NCBI GenBank assembly: GCA_964621165.1 | Contig: CAZULC010000001.1 | Span: 109,648 to 173,647 of the forward strand | DNA length: 64,000 nt | Source: an uncultured Ruminococcus sp. | Lineage (GTDB): Bacteria > Bacillota > Clostridia > Oscillospirales > CAG-272 | Reading direction: 5' to 3' | Part shown: positions 63,135 to 64,000 of the stretch, in pieces | Layout of the letters: each line of letters begins with the position of its first letter | Position numbering within the stretch: position 1 is the stretch's first letter | Made by a program: the position numbers and the translations under genes | The notes under the pieces: model-generated | Database searches by the model: none | What the model was told of the DNA's origin: nothing | The model's input: only the letters and a program-made list of their open reading frames with translations

Positions 63135-64000
63135 TCACCGCGCCATAAGGCCTATCAGTTTTTCTATTTCACCGTAGCCGCGGGAGGTTGAGGTAGTCTT
63201 CATGGAAACGTCCGCTCGCCTGCAATAGTCCGCCAGCCTGACGTAGTATTCCAATCCGCCGGCTTTTGCGTTGCGGTATATTATCCCCGCACGATAACTG
63301 TTTATCTTCATGTCCCGAGCAAATTCCGCCGCGCCATATCCTTCCGCCGCATATACTGCCGCTGAAGCCAAATCGCACGCTTCACGTTCTATCTGTCCCA
63401 TCAGCATGTATGGATCAGCCCGCAAGCGCTTCTTTATCCCCAGACAGTGGTACGCTAACGCCGCGTTCCCCTCAGCTATGGCGTTGACCAGCACAAAAGC
63501 TTCGTCTTCGTCGGTTGTCGAACAGCATAAACGTATGTCCTCCGCCGTCACTTCACCCCTGCCGCAGGAACCTACGTACGCCGATACCTTCGCAGCTTCG
63601 CCGGATAACTTGTACATCCCCCGCCCGCATAACCGTATCATCATTATGGCCGACTCCTGACTTAACTTCACTCCCCACGCCCCGCAGTGCTTCATCAGCC
63701 ACCCCGCTAGCCTCTGCTCCGTCTGATAATCAAACCGTATCGGCTCGCATACCTTCGATATCGCTTTCAAAAATCCCGACGGCTGACGCTCACTCCCCCA
63801 GCGGAAATTCTCCCCCGCTTTGATTATCAGAATCTGCCCCGACATGCCCGAATTCTCGCTGACTAACTCAATCAGCCGCTCGCGTATTTTGTCCTTTATG
63901 GAGTCAAGCGATGAAAATGATATGATGATTACTTTCCGCTCACTCATAAACGGCGGGGCTGATAAGGCTTTCTCTATCTCCTCAAGATCACACTCGCCTT
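63135..64000 (-). CDS. holA: DNA polymerase III delta subunit (HolA), N-terminus beyond the right edge
   Basis: The frame stays open upstream of the ORF-track Met (..GECDLEEIEKALSAPPFMSERKVIII..). The C-terminal region has HolA-like helical domains. Confidence 0.65.
   Translation of the reverse strand, partial: GECDLEEIEKALSAPPFMSERKVIIISFSSLDSIKDKIRERLIELVSENSGMSGQILIIKAGENFRWGSERQPSGFLKAISKVCEPIRFDYQTEQRLAGWLMKHCGAWGVKLSQESAIMMIRLCGRGMYKLSGEAAKVSAYVGSCGRGEVTAEDIRLCCSTTDEDEAFVLVNAIAEGNAALAYHCLGIKKRLRADPYMLMGQIEREACDLASAAVYAAEGYGAAEFARDMKINSYRAGIIYRNAKAGGLEYYVRLADYCRRADVSMKTTSTSRGYGEIEKLIGLMAR

Overview
The window looks like a chromosomal segment from a Firmicutes/Clostridia-type genome. This is inferred from gene content: an SLH S-layer protein with CsaB, the DapL lysine route, a PBSX-type terminase, and GGAGG/GAAAGG ribosome-binding sites. 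From left to right it contains six blocks. (1) 1-4.5 kb: a Shango-type TerB / P-loop ATPase / DEAD-box helicase defence operon, cut by the left edge. (2) 4.6-7.6 kb: a TIM-barrel::acyl-CoA-synthetase fusion gene and a decayed GNAT gene. (3) 7.7-21.5 kb: a minus-strand phage packaging-head-tail module running from small terminase to tail fibres. It has no integrase, repressor, replication or lysis genes, so it is either a defective prophage or a GTA-like domesticated element. (4) 21.7-30 kb: accessory genes, namely DUF1934, an EamA transporter, a HisJ-type PHP phosphatase, an ArpU-like regulator, two paralogous secreted discoidin-like proteins, a GNAT, and a Cys-rich SLH protein. (5) 30-64 kb: mostly housekeeping genes (pyk, oadB/G-like, rbsK, ruvX, pepC, a PHP protein, a parE-like gene, rlmH, galK, dapF, dapL, pyrG, an ABC solute-binding lipoprotein, a Toprim protein, holA). 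(6) A GT4::CsaB fusion next to a 1307-aa SLH S-layer protein. The most unusual signal is non-coding. Three unrelated families of hairpin-rich, modular intergenic repeats (called F1, F2 and F3 here) occur at about 24 loci. By my coordinates they occupy roughly 4-4.5 kb, or about 7% of the window. They fill most long spacers, including spacers inside the defence operon and inside the phage module. They show compensatory base-pair substitutions between copies and a strong same-strand orientation bias. No rRNA, tRNA or CRISPR array was found.
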